From Shigella phage vB_SboS_Gloob: 64,000 nt of DNA. A program made the position numbers and the translations under genes. The notes under the pieces are model-generated. The model had not been told where the DNA came from and did no database searches. It saw only the letters and a list, made by a program, of their open reading frames with translations. Shown in pieces: positions 19,245 through 29,033 of this stretch. The first letter of the stretch is position 1; every line of letters starts with the position of its first letter. The stretch lies in sequence record OL615011; one strand, written 5' to 3'.

Positions 19245-19895
19245 TTATTCTCCAAAGTCGATCTTCATCTTGTCTACTGCAAGCCCCTTCTCAAGCACAT
19301 CCGCCAAAGCATTGTCGGTCTGCAGAGAAGAATCCTTGTACACGTCCGGTTCGTTCTCTTCGTCCAAGATGGACAGACGTTTGTCGATATCGTCGATCTC
19401 CGGAACGCCTGTATCGAAGTTTTCGTTGCCGTACTGGAACAACGTGCACGGCAGAGAGAACGTATACCATTTGCCAAATTGCATGAAGTCTTCATCGTTG
19501 TTTGGGTTGTTGACCTTGAAGATCTTGTTCGCCAGGGGCAGGTAGATCAGGTCACCTTCCTGAGGTTGTTGTTCAATCCCAACACCGTTGCCTATCACCT
19601 CAGCAAAGCGACGGCGCGAGATAGAGAACGTCACCTCATCCTGTAGATTAATACCCCCGAACTTCTCCCACATCTGGGTGTTGAAGCCCTGGTAATCCTG
19701 CATGTAAACTTCGATGTCGAACGCTTGGTCGAATCGATGGTTTGCATCGTTGGTAACTGGGAATTTTTCAACGATGGAACGTGGTATATACTTGACGTCT
19801 ATCCCACGCAACTGAATCATTTCTTGCACCAAATCTTCAATCAGCTTCTGTGTGCCTTGGTGATTGGTGGCGTTGAAATATTTTGAAGTGGCCAT
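19245..19895 (-). CDS. neck protein candidate (gp14 position, 216 aa)
   Basis: Gene order; late promoter motif upstream. Confidence 0.45.
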   Translation of the reverse strand: MATSKYFNATNHQGTQKLIEDLVQEMIQLRGIDVKYIPRSIVEKFPVTNDANHRFDQAFDIEVYMQDYQGFNTQMWEKFGGINLQDEVTFSISRRRFAEVIGNGVGIEQQPQEGDLIYLPLANKIFKVNNPNNDEDFMQFGKWYTFSLPCTLFQYGNENFDTGVPEIDDIDKRLSILDEENEPDVYKDSSLQTDNALADVLEKGLAVDKMKIDFGE

Positions 19896-19914
19896 ATCGA
19901 TACCCTCAATTTTG

Positions 19915-19925
19915 AAGGTATTTAG
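19915..19925 (-). promoter_or_regulatory. late promoter motif CTAAATACCTT
   Basis: About 20 nt upstream of ATG 19895. Confidence 0.45.
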
Positions 19926-19954
19926 TCGAAGTTTATTCTTTTGAGGAATAACTC

Positions 19955-20167
19955 ATGCAAGTGGAAGACATCAAAGAAGTTCGCAGCGGTCGTCGCGTCC
20001 GAATCATCTGTGTGGACGCCAAGATTGGAGGCGGTGATTACGACATCGTCGGTCTGGTGAAGGAAGTGGATGGCACAGACTTCATTGAGTGGTGGAACTC
20101 CAACGACAAGACCGAAGACGGCCTGCTGCGTGGTAGTGGTAACGGAAACCTGGATTTGAAAATCTAA
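19955..20167 (+). CDS. small hypothetical protein on opposite strand within the neck module (70 aa)
   Basis: GAGGAA SD, ATG start, followed by a strong hairpin. Confidence 0.45.
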   Translation: MQVEDIKEVRSGRRVRIICVDAKIGGGDYDIVGLVKEVDGTDFIEWWNSNDKTEDGLLRGSGNGNLDLKI

Positions 20168-20170
20168 AAG

Positions 20171-20192
20171 AAGGGCGGGGGAACCCGCCTTT
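20171..20192. terminator. bidirectional hairpin terminator AAGGGCGGG-GGAA-CCCGCCTTT
   Basis: Perfect GC stem flanked by A-run and T-run between convergent genes. Confidence 0.65.
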
Positions 20193-20194
20193 CC

Positions 20195-20947
20195 TTATCC
20201 CATAAAGAAGTCAATCGGGTACTGCTGACCAGTACGCAGTTCTTCCTCTAAACGCTCGATCTCGCTTTCGGCTTCACTGAACATAGTATCGCCATCCAGC
20301 TCGATACCACCTGGGAGACGGATGCCTCTTGCCTTCTTGAGTACTTCAGCCCAGCGGCGCTTGACCAACGCAGTTGCATACGCCTTCAGCCACATGTCAT
20401 TCCATGCTTCTTCATTACCCTCTACCTCTGGGTCGATGTTCTGGAAACATTTGAACGCCAAAGCCTCGTCCTTTGTCAGGGCGAATTGTGGGTAGAGTTT
20501 ACGCTGGAATTTCTTGTACACGAAGGTGCGCTTCACGTTCAACACACTGGTGATGTCGGATAAACGCTGTTGCATTGAAACATAGTCGATCAAGCGGATG
20601 GAAACGAGGGCGGCCTTTGGCACCAACATGGCTTGGGCCATCTGCCATTGAGGAGTTGCCCAGTTACCGATCGATTCAATCGGAGGACCGACGATGACTT
20701 CAACCACGTCGTCGATGTCTTTGGGGAATTCGATGTAACCGTTGGCGATAGTTTCTTCAGTCACCTGGTGAACAAAGAATGCGTCCTGACTGCCATCACG
20801 ATGATACTCCCAAAACTTCTGTAGAGCGTCATCGACAGCGTCGGATACCTGTGATGGGTCGAGGTTGATCTGAATTACGGGTGCCCCCAATTTCTTGAGG
20901 ATGTAATTCATAAACCCCTTGCGGTCTCTGATAGAATTAACGGCCAT
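20195..20947 (-). CDS. neck protein, gp13-like (about 250 aa)
   Basis: ILKKLGAPVIQINLDPSQV parallels remembered T4 gp13 ILRRLGAPIINVELTPDQI. Confidence 0.6.
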   Translation of the reverse strand: MAVNSIRDRKGFMNYILKKLGAPVIQINLDPSQVSDAVDDALQKFWEYHRDGSQDAFFVHQVTEETIANGYIEFPKDIDDVVEVIVGPPIESIGNWATPQWQMAQAMLVPKAALVSIRLIDYVSMQQRLSDITSVLNVKRTFVYKKFQRKLYPQFALTKDEALAFKCFQNIDPEVEGNEEAWNDMWLKAYATALVKRRWAEVLKKARGIRLPGGIELDGDTMFSEAESEIERLEEELRTGQQYPIDFFMG

Positions 20948-21275
20948 TGACGTTCCCCTTACCACTCTGGAGGTCAGATACCGTAATCCGCAGAGTTCGC
21001 ACGTCGTCGGACAGACTGCTGCTATTGAGTTTTAATTCAGCAACGTTCTGCTTGACGTAGTTGACGTCTGTGTTTAATACAGCGATCTTCTCACTCATAT
21101 CGTTGACTTTGACAAGGATCTGGTCAACCTTGTTGGAATCCCGCTCAACCACATCAAGACGGTTTTCGAACTTACCCATCATCCAAACAACCGAGCCAAC
21201 AGAGACTATCGCCGCCGTCAGCACCCCGGTGAGGATCGCTTTCACATCGATCACAGTGTTAGTTTGAGTTGTCAT
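20937..21275 (-). CDS. membrane-anchored coiled-coil protein (112 aa from MTTQTNTV)
   Basis: N-terminal TM segment AILTGVLTAAIVSVGSVVWMM then heptad-like region; AGGAGG SD. Confidence 0.45.
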   Translation of the reverse strand: MTTQTNTVIDVKAILTGVLTAAIVSVGSVVWMMGKFENRLDVVERDSNKVDQILVKVNDMSEKIAVLNTDVNYVKQNVAELKLNSSSLSDDVRTLRITVSDLQSGKGNVNGR

Positions 21276-21507
21276 CTTGGCCTCCTGACGGGAGTTCAAT
21301 CCCGAGGTGTTCCGCCATGAGTTGTACCGTCGCTGTCAGTTGATCGATTTGCGCTGCCTGCGCTGCAATAGTTCTGTCCTTTTCTTCCTGATTTCGACGG
21401 GCGTTCAGAGCCGCTAAACCAGCAGCACTGTCTGTGCAGATGATAGCCCCAGGGCAAGAGCTACTTCTCATCATCGATGCATGCCCCTGTACTTTTACAC
21501 CACGCAT
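21259..21507 (-). CDS. hypothetical protein (82 aa)
   Basis: ORF track; GAGGAT SD. Confidence 0.4.
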   Translation of the reverse strand: MRGVKVQGHASMMRSSSCPGAIICTDSAAGLAALNARRNQEEKDRTIAAQAAQIDQLTATVQLMAEHLGIELPSGGQDDNSN

Positions 21508-21526
21508 GATAATATCCTCTGTTGAT

Positions 21527-21545
21527 GGGCGGGGTTTCCCCCGCC
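21527..21545 (-). terminator. hairpin GGCGGGG-UUUC-CCCCGCC after the giant gene
   Basis: Perfect stem immediately downstream of stop at 21559. Confidence 0.45.
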
Positions 21546-21558
21546 TTGGTATTACTAC

Positions 21559-24500
21559 TTATGCCAGAGCAATCAAACGGAAATCTTTGAATGATGGCGG
21601 CGCTGTACGGTTGCCTCTCACCAGCAGGCGGATCTTCAGGCCAACAAACGGATTGGTGCTGTCCACAGTCTTGTCATATTCGTATTCAAAGAATGTGGAA
21701 CCATCGTTGACCAGAGGGGATGTTGGAGTCACGGTTTCCCATGCCACGTCATCCATCTCCTGACCAGCGCGGAGCAGTTTCACCTGTACAGTCATTGAAG
21801 ACTGAGAAGGCAGCATCGCACCGAAGTATTGCTTCAGGGTGGTGCAAGGGTTATCGAAGCCGATATCCTTGGTCACATAACTGAACACGTCTTCAAACGG
21901 ATCCACCCCGTAGGTGTTGAAGATGATAGTGAAATCATCTCCATCGATCATCGGAGCCGTGTACACGTTGCTTTCGTTACGCGTCATTGTCGCCCGCACC
22001 TGGAAGTCACCCACTTGACGATAGATCCCTTCCGTCGGCAGCGGTACGTCCGTATCGGATTCGAACTCAGCCCAATCAGAGAATGAGTTGGAGGTCGCAT
22101 CGCGGTAACGGTATTCCAGTTTCAACACAGATCCTTCCAGCGCAGAGTTGGTGACACTTGCATAGAACATGTCCACCAAGTAGTTACCCAGGAACGACGC
22201 CTCTTCCCCGCCGATCTGGCCGTCAGAGTCCGCGTTGGAACTCAGCACGACTTTGAAGCTGGTGAATGAAGCATCAGTTACAGTGTGCTGGGTGTTCAGC
22301 TGCTCCGGTGTGAATCCACAGCCGCCAGTCAGACCAGACAGCGTCACACTCTCACCAGCAGTCAGGCCATGGCCTGGTGCGTACACGGTAACAGTGGAAG
22401 AACCGCTCACGCAGTTGACCATGTTCAAGCCCAGCGGACGGATCTTCGGACCGACCTTGGCATCGAAGGTCACGATGTTATCACCAGCACTGAAGTTGCA
22501 GCGATATACACGGAACTTCATATCGGCAGTCTGGTTTGGAGTCCAGGTCGTACCGTTTGAAGATGTGAAGAACACGCCAGTGTACGGCTGTTTGGCAATG
22601 AACTCGTTGGTCAGCAGGTTTTTCTTGCCCATCTCGGCGATGTACGCGTTGTAATCCTGGGTGTTGGCCAGTAGTACAATCGCGAATTCAGTCTGAGCCT
22701 GCAGATACACAGGGTAATCGAACTTGAACATCGTCGGCACAGAAGAGTCCGTGGAGATGGAGACTTCTGATGGGTTCAACGTCTTACGAGTGACCACAGT
22801 TGTCGCTGGAAGCCCGTTGCTCATTTCACGTATTTCCAGAGTGATCGGGATATCTCGTGACTTGGTGGAGAAGAACACTTCGATCCCTTCGATGTACTCA
22901 CCACCAATATTGGTAGCAACCATGAAGGATTGAGCAATCGGGTCTTTCCACTTCGCAACTTCAACCGTCTCCGTCTTGTTCTCTGTGGACTTGGTCGCAG
23001 TGTAACCCAGGACGCGAGTGTTGACATAGGTCTTTTGAATGCCCTGTTTCTTACCGAAGGATTTGTGAACCGCTTCAGCATTGGTCAGGGTATCATCAGC
23101 AGACTTGCTGTCAACAGGGCTGTCGGTCAGACGGAAGACGTTGTCGCCCGTGTTGAACTTAACAGTCTCGTTCTGAGGAACTGCGAACACGCCTTTGATG
23201 TTGCCGTTGGCGTCAGTATTCAACGCACCACCCAGGGAGCCGCCGTTGGGTGTACAGTACGCGCTAACATCACGTCCAGAGAAGAACGGATACACGCGAG
23301 TAAACGGACGCAGACCTGTGGCTTCGAAGTTGATGTTCGTTTTGCGCATGTATGGGATTACCTGCGTTTCAACGATCTGCTCGCCAGTCAGGGTAGTGGT
23401 CGTCTTGTCGGTGTACGTGTACGTGGTGACGTCACGGGTAGACACAGTCGTGCGGTAGCGGTAGCCCCACCATACGCCGCCTGCGCCATGCGGTTCCCAC
23501 ACACGCTCAGACACAGACACAGTACGCCATGTGCCATACACGGAACCTTCTTTGATCGCGCCGCGTGTGTTGATCGTTTCGTTGATTACACGTGGAGCAA
23601 CATAGTAGTTCTCGAACCAGTAGTCGGTGGTTGGGTTCAGTTTCAGGAAACCTTCCCAGTTGAACACCGCATATGGGTTCACGTTGATGGTCGTGGTCGC
23701 ATAATCCTGGCGCACAGAGATCTCACGGGTGTAGTTGCATACAACCATGCCATCCTGAACGTTGTTCCAGCCCACTGGCGTCAGGTCAACCGCATTCTGC
23801 TGAACGAACGGGCGTAGGCGACCATTGTCAGTGTCGATTGAACCTACCCAGTCAGCGGACAAATCGTCGATCAGACGGAAGTCTTTGAACGGGTCGGCAG
23901 CGATACCGTTTTTGAAGCGCGGGTTGCCAGTGATCGGGTCGAACACCTGCTGAGTCATAGCTGAAGATTCCAGCTGTGACAGTGAGGTGTAGTATTCAAC
24001 ATTGGAGATACGGGTCTCCAGTTTACCGATATCACGCATCGTGTAACGACGGTTGTCGATGGTACGAATCTGAATATCGTCGATGTTGGCCGTGTAAGGC
24101 GGGATCATCAATTCGTACAGACGCATGCCGTTGTCTGGGATCGCAGGCGAAGCCAGGTTGTTGGAACTCACACCACGCGCAACGTTAAACACGCCGTTGT
24201 CGGCCAGATACACGGCATCAATACGAGGCAGATAGTACTCCGCATCGAGGACGATGGCAGTGTTCGGGCGAACCATGTCCGTGTCGGACGCTCCGCTGGT
24301 GATCTTAGGACGGAAGTCCAGGCTGTCTGCCAGACCATACACAGTACCAGAACTGGATGAAACATAGTTCGGGATGTCTTGGTAGTCGATAGACGAATAG
24401 GAGTCCGCCGTAAAGAAGTCACCGGAGCTGTGGGCGAAATACTGATACACCACCGTGAACACGCCTGAGATGGCTCCAGTAGACGATACGAGGTTAGAAC

Positions 24501-26397
24501 GGTAGTACGCCGCATCGCGCTGGCCGCCGTCCAGAGTGAAGTTCGAGGTGACGTCAGCGCCATTTGCGTTCTTCACGCTGACCAGTTTGTAGCCGTCGTG
24601 ATTGTTCAGCTGTACGCTGGCCGCCGAAGTGAACGTTGCGGTCTCGGTGACTTCGGTCACAGTCTTTGTCTTGATCGTTGCTGTGGTACGCACCATCAGA
24701 GCCAACAGGTTGATGGATTGGTTGGCATAGCCAGCACCCAAAGAGATCTGGAGAGCAGAACCCACTGGTGTACCTGTCAGAGACAGTCCTGAAGAAATAT
24801 CGAACTGAGCTGCAGTGCCATCTGCCTTCGCCGCCGAATACAAAGAGAATTCAGGACTGAAGCTGTAGCCCAGAGGAGCAGAGATAGAGCCTGTGCCTGC
24901 CGCACTCAACGTGATCTTGTTTGACCGCAGGACGGTGTAGTTGATATCAATGGTTCCAGTAGGAGCCAAGGTCTTCACGCCGAATACAGGCAGAGGGAAG
25001 ATCAGGTCAATCGCCGAACTCTGGCTGAACTGATTAGACTCCAGTTCGCAAGAGAACATTGTTGTACCGCTTTCTTCATAAGCGACTTTGGTCACCGTGC
25101 CCATGTCCCCAGTCACGACCAGATCACGCATGTACAGACGGAATTCAGTACCGGAGCGCTCTGCTGAAATCAGCAGCGCCGTTGCCTGGGTCACGCTCGA
25201 AGCGTTCAGGAACTTGTAACGGATTGTGCGAGAGACAACCGGAACCCCTTTGGAGTTCTTGGACACCAGATAGTTGCCAGTCGCAACAGCCACAGGGTTG
25301 TTGTTCAGGGTATCAGTGTCACGGGCTTTATCAATGGTGACCAGCTCTTCGCCGAGGTTTTCGATACGACGGCCACGAACGTAGGAGATCCCTGGCTTCA
25401 TGACCGCCACGAATTTGCTTGCGTCACCACCTTCAGCCGGAGTGTACACGCCGCCGTTGTTGTTCTCTTTCAGATGTTCACGCAGGTCGATCTGATGCGT
25501 AGACACGTTGTAGTCACCATTGGTCTCATAGGTACGCTGAGCCATGGTGTCTTCGAGGATGTTGTACGTTGACTGGGTGACCATGGACTGAATGCGACCG
25601 TCTTTCACCTTCGCCAGTTCAACGAAGTCGGCCACTTCTTCATCATAACCGTAGCGAGACAACACGAGGTCGACGCGCAGGCGATGCGCGCCAGGCGCTT
25701 TAGAGTTCGGAGTACCCTGCGCATTGGAATACAGGCTTTCGTCTTCTGCTTCTGTAACAATGGTTTCTGTTACTTTGAATCCAACGCGGTGTGAAGTAGA
25801 GTTGGACGCGTTATCTACGATCAGAGTAGCTGGTTCAACATCTAGGAACATACCACGAACAAAATAAACACCCTTTGTCATGCGAGCAACAATCGAACCG
25901 CCAACAGTAGCAGCCACACCATAGCCGACGCGGATGAAGTTATCGTTCACGTCGTAGGTGTTGAAGTACAGGTTATCCCCAGCTTCGAAACCGTCTGAAC
26001 TACCACTCTCAGTCATCTCTAAGATGGCATACATTGTATCCGGCTCAGCCAGGTAACGTTCCAGAGACAGGACGCGTGCTTTCGCATTGTTGTCCTTGCC
26101 CAGAACATAGAGTTCGGAGATACCTTCCAGATCAGTGAACTCGCTACCACCAGCCAGAGTGAACTTCATGGACACTGCGGTGTTGGTGATTGTCAGACCG
26201 CCGGGAATAACCATAGATCCTTCTTTGAAAAGATGGTTGCCGATCTTTTCAAGCTGGTCTTGGAAGATAGTCTGAAGCTGGTTCAGTTCACGCGTCTGTA
26301 CTTTGATAGGAGCCGGACGGAACAGGATGCGTGAAAAACGCTTCTCTGGATTCCAGTCATCCCAGTACGGGCGGCGGTTGAGGTTCATTTCTTGCAT
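21559..26397 (-). CDS. giant virion structural protein (1612 aa), function unassigned
   Basis: ATG at 26397 (MQEMNLNRRPYWDDW); the 88-codon extension in the track overlaps the upstream tailspike 3' end and is rejected. Confidence 0.6.
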   Translation of the reverse strand: MQEMNLNRRPYWDDWNPEKRFSRILFRPAPIKVQTRELNQLQTIFQDQLEKIGNHLFKEGSMVIPGGLTITNTAVSMKFTLAGGSEFTDLEGISELYVLGKDNNAKARVLSLERYLAEPDTMYAILEMTESGSSDGFEAGDNLYFNTYDVNDNFIRVGYGVAATVGGSIVARMTKGVYFVRGMFLDVEPATLIVDNASNSTSHRVGFKVTETIVTEAEDESLYSNAQGTPNSKAPGAHRLRVDLVLSRYGYDEEVADFVELAKVKDGRIQSMVTQSTYNILEDTMAQRTYETNGDYNVSTHQIDLREHLKENNNGGVYTPAEGGDASKFVAVMKPGISYVRGRRIENLGEELVTIDKARDTDTLNNNPVAVATGNYLVSKNSKGVPVVSRTIRYKFLNASSVTQATALLISAERSGTEFRLYMRDLVVTGDMGTVTKVAYEESGTTMFSCELESNQFSQSSAIDLIFPLPVFGVKTLAPTGTIDINYTVLRSNKITLSAAGTGSISAPLGYSFSPEFSLYSAAKADGTAAQFDISSGLSLTGTPVGSALQISLGAGYANQSINLLALMVRTTATIKTKTVTEVTETATFTSAASVQLNNHDGYKLVSVKNANGADVTSNFTLDGGQRDAAYYRSNLVSSTGAISGVFTVVYQYFAHSSGDFFTADSYSSIDYQDIPNYVSSSSGTVYGLADSLDFRPKITSGASDTDMVRPNTAIVLDAEYYLPRIDAVYLADNGVFNVARGVSSNNLASPAIPDNGMRLYELMIPPYTANIDDIQIRTIDNRRYTMRDIGKLETRISNVEYYTSLSQLESSAMTQQVFDPITGNPRFKNGIAADPFKDFRLIDDLSADWVGSIDTDNGRLRPFVQQNAVDLTPVGWNNVQDGMVVCNYTREISVRQDYATTTINVNPYAVFNWEGFLKLNPTTDYWFENYYVAPRVINETINTRGAIKEGSVYGTWRTVSVSERVWEPHGAGGVWWGYRYRTTVSTRDVTTYTYTDKTTTTLTGEQIVETQVIPYMRKTNINFEATGLRPFTRVYPFFSGRDVSAYCTPNGGSLGGALNTDANGNIKGVFAVPQNETVKFNTGDNVFRLTDSPVDSKSADDTLTNAEAVHKSFGKKQGIQKTYVNTRVLGYTATKSTENKTETVEVAKWKDPIAQSFMVATNIGGEYIEGIEVFFSTKSRDIPITLEIREMSNGLPATTVVTRKTLNPSEVSISTDSSVPTMFKFDYPVYLQAQTEFAIVLLANTQDYNAYIAEMGKKNLLTNEFIAKQPYTGVFFTSSNGTTWTPNQTADMKFRVYRCNFSAGDNIVTFDAKVGPKIRPLGLNMVNCVSGSSTVTVYAPGHGLTAGESVTLSGLTGGCGFTPEQLNTQHTVTDASFTSFKVVLSSNADSDGQIGGEEASFLGNYLVDMFYASVTNSALEGSVLKLEYRYRDATSNSFSDWAEFESDTDVPLPTEGIYRQVGDFQVRATMTRNESNVYTAPMIDGDDFTIIFNTYGVDPFEDVFSYVTKDIGFDNPCTTLKQYFGAMLPSQSSMTVQVKLLRAGQEMDDVAWETVTPTSPLVNDGSTFFEYEYDKTVDSTNPFVGLKIRLLVRGNRTAPPSFKDFRLIALA

Positions 26398-26432
26398 TTT
26401 GATGCTCCATCGATAGGTGCCATTATAGACAT

Positions 26433-26443
26433 ATTTAGTATAC
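26433..26443 (-). promoter_or_regulatory. late promoter motif variant CTAAATATGTC
   Basis: About 35 nt upstream of giant-gene ATG. Confidence 0.4.
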
Positions 26444-26470
26444 AGCCAACCGAGGAATAGAAAGAAATAA

Positions 26471-26486
26471 GCCCTCCGAAGAGGGC
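26471..26486 (-). terminator. terminator GCCCTCTTCGGAGGGC plus U-tract after tailspike array
   Basis: Stem-tetraloop followed by UAUUUCUUUCU on minus strand. Confidence 0.65.
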
Positions 26487-26492
26487 TCTGAT

Positions 26493-28955
26493 TTAGTTGA
26501 CAGAATCCAGCATCGACAAACATTTCAGCTGAACTTGCACAACACTTTCGTTGGTCACGGCTGGAACAGTCAACCCAGATGCAGATATGCCGAAATTCGC
26601 TATGAAGCCTGTGGTCTGACTCCGCACGACATCTGTACCCGTGCCGCTCCCACCGTTGCAAGCAAACTGGGTCTGTTTCGAACCGAAAGCATCACCATTA
26701 CCACTTACACATAACTGCCAAACTCCGCGAGGAAGAGTTCCCGGTATTGTTATGGAAGCCGCCCCCGCAGGCCTGGTGAATTTAATATTTTCAAAGAAAA
26801 TAGTATCTTCAATTGTAGCCGTGTTTCGTGTTCCGAAACTCAGTGCCTGGTTTCCAACAAAACTGATGGATGTGCGACTGTCAAGAACAAAGCTAGACAA
26901 AAGCCCAGTCTGTGCTGTGACGTTACAGTCGACGATGTTGCCGTGTGCAGTGACCGCTTTCGGAATACCCTGAATTTTGTAACCAACAGTCCGGTAATTC
27001 AGAGAAAGGTTATTCAATTGTTTAACAGTATTCCCGATCATCTTGACTTTCTGGCCGCGATAAACCTGACCAGAAGTTGCCCCCGCATTAACGCAAATCC
27101 CCTCCGTTTTGTTATTAGAGGTATTGCATTTCATGACCACGGTATTATGGCTGATGTCTATATCGTTGTAAACAAAGTACGAGCTGTCCCCCGCACCAGT
27201 TGCTATGGAAACACCGTCGACAGAACGGAGTTCGCAATAGTTGTTTAGCACTTTCACGAAAGGTTCAGGATAAGTTGTGCTCGTGGGTTCACCCCCGCCC
27301 CCGACGTCGATAGACCTGGTATACTTCGCCCCAATCAATGGACCCGTGGTCTCACTGTCTGGAATGTCGCGAGAACGGACGTAGTTGTTTGCAATTATCA
27401 GGTTATACGGCTCATAATTTGGACTCCAGCCGACGCCACATTTGGCATAAATACCCACAACGCCGTGTTCTAAACATTGGTTTCCCGTGATGATCGCTTG
27501 TCCACCACCATGGAAATCAATACATTTTCTACGACAATTTTGGATCTGATTGTTGGTGACTGTAACGTTTCTGACTCGGCGGTTTCGGCCGTGTGTAATG
27601 CCATACCCAGGGTCATAACTGGCGTTGACCAAGTCATCACCGGATGGATGCCCGATATCATTAATGACGTTGGCGTCGTAGTTCAGGCGATAACCAGATA
27701 GCACATAAATGCCGCCACTGTAGCATTTACTGATAGTAGAATTGACCACCAAAATACCGTTCGGTACGTCTGAATCCACGGTGTAGTCGGCTGTCCCATA
27801 AGCAACAGCGGCGTTCCTGATACCGATACCAACCCCAGCAAAGTTGAATCCGGTTATATGACAGTTATTAATCAAAATGCCACGACATGCTCTCTGCACT
27901 TTAATCCCACACGCCCAGCTTCCGATGTAACCACCAAGGAAAGTGCCCCAAGTGCTCCTCCAACCCGCAATTTGGGTGCCTGCGGAGTCGTAGGAAGGGA
28001 ACTGCCCAGATACACCAGAATAAGCACCACTAGTGTAAGCAGAACTGTCAACTGAATTGTTGGGTCCTGTGATTTGAGCTGAATCATACCCAAAGCCAGT
28101 TTCACCTTTCTCTGCATACCCGGTGGTTGGGTCTATCGCTGGGAAAATGCTGGGTCCGGTTATCGTCAGTTGCACAGTAACGTTTTCACAATTAACTAAT
28201 GATAAAGCGTCAAGTCCGTGTGTATTGACTTTAATCGAACCATTGAATACCTTTATCCCTTTCTTGTTCACGAGCGCTAAACAAGGGCTGAAGTTTCTTG
28301 TTCCATCAGAAAAGTCAGATTCACCGGGATATTTGTTAGCCAACGCAGGATTTTTGGACACGAGGTAATTTCCTCCACCCAAATTCAAATCCCCAGAAAC
28401 TGATTCAAAGAAAGCTTGGAGGGCTAACGTGTCGTCCGTGCTACCATCACCGATAGCACCGAAGTCTTTTGGAGTCAAAATTCTTTTGGCTGGGTTAGAT
28501 TGTAAAACCCAGGTAGAAGAAGAAATGCCTCCTGTGTTAGAGACTGTGTCGTTCGCCGATACCGTCTTCGGCAGAGAACCCGCCCAACGATACAATTCCT
28601 TCCCGTCACTCACCAATTCGTTCTTGACGCGGATAGTGAATCCAGACGTAAAGTTTTCGACCAGAGTAACGAACTCCCCACGTATTACAGCCAAAGCACC
28701 CAGGTCGACAGTGCCCGTATTGTGTACAAGAATGCCGTCTGTCAGGCTGGTGATGGTAGCGCCAGCAGGCAGGTTAGAAGGTAGTGCATAGGAGCGCTGA
28801 GTGACCTTATCGTAGATTACCTTGTAACCAGTCAGGGTGGAACCTGGTTTAGCATACAGAACTTCGGACTTCTTGCATCCAAACTTGCGAGCAATGGAGT
28901 CCTTGTTTGTCTCTTTGGAGACAGAGCCTTTCGGCTGTGAAAATTGCGGATTCAT
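26493..28955 (-). CDS. tailspike protein (about 820 aa), beta-helix depolymerase-like
   Basis: Start MNPQFSQPKGS with AGGAG SD; N-terminal WAGSLPKTV docking motif; Asn/Gly-rich repeats typical of right-handed beta-helix. Confidence 0.7.
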   Translation of the reverse strand: MNPQFSQPKGSVSKETNKDSIARKFGCKKSEVLYAKPGSTLTGYKVIYDKVTQRSYALPSNLPAGATITSLTDGILVHNTGTVDLGALAVIRGEFVTLVENFTSGFTIRVKNELVSDGKELYRWAGSLPKTVSANDTVSNTGGISSSTWVLQSNPAKRILTPKDFGAIGDGSTDDTLALQAFFESVSGDLNLGGGNYLVSKNPALANKYPGESDFSDGTRNFSPCLALVNKKGIKVFNGSIKVNTHGLDALSLVNCENVTVQLTITGPSIFPAIDPTTGYAEKGETGFGYDSAQITGPNNSVDSSAYTSGAYSGVSGQFPSYDSAGTQIAGWRSTWGTFLGGYIGSWACGIKVQRACRGILINNCHITGFNFAGVGIGIRNAAVAYGTADYTVDSDVPNGILVVNSTISKCYSGGIYVLSGYRLNYDANVINDIGHPSGDDLVNASYDPGYGITHGRNRRVRNVTVTNNQIQNCRRKCIDFHGGGQAIITGNQCLEHGVVGIYAKCGVGWSPNYEPYNLIIANNYVRSRDIPDSETTGPLIGAKYTRSIDVGGGGEPTSTTYPEPFVKVLNNYCELRSVDGVSIATGAGDSSYFVYNDIDISHNTVVMKCNTSNNKTEGICVNAGATSGQVYRGQKVKMIGNTVKQLNNLSLNYRTVGYKIQGIPKAVTAHGNIVDCNVTAQTGLLSSFVLDSRTSISFVGNQALSFGTRNTATIEDTIFFENIKFTRPAGAASITIPGTLPRGVWQLCVSGNGDAFGSKQTQFACNGGSGTGTDVVRSQTTGFIANFGISASGLTVPAVTNESVVQVQLKCLSMLDSVN

Positions 28956-28988
28956 AACGAATCTCCTGTTGTTATTCTCAATGGAAAG

Positions 28989-29011
28989 CCCCACTTAGTT
29001 AATAAGTGGGG
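28989..29011 (-). terminator. hairpin CCCCACTTA-GTTAA-TAAGTGGGG between tailspike genes
   Basis: 9-bp perfect stem downstream of stop at 29034. Confidence 0.45.
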
Positions 29012-29033
29012 AAAGGAAAGGTGTAAAATTAAT

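Noticed and set aside
22930-23817. 295-aa plus-strand ORF inside the giant gene, and other internal antisense ORFs there
   Set aside because: Antisense to a long, well-supported reading frame; composition typical of shadow ORFs
26398-26661. 88-codon 5' extension of the giant ORF
   Set aside because: Overlaps the 3' end of the upstream tailspike gene and the terminator-promoter region; the ATG at 26397 is preceded by the late motif
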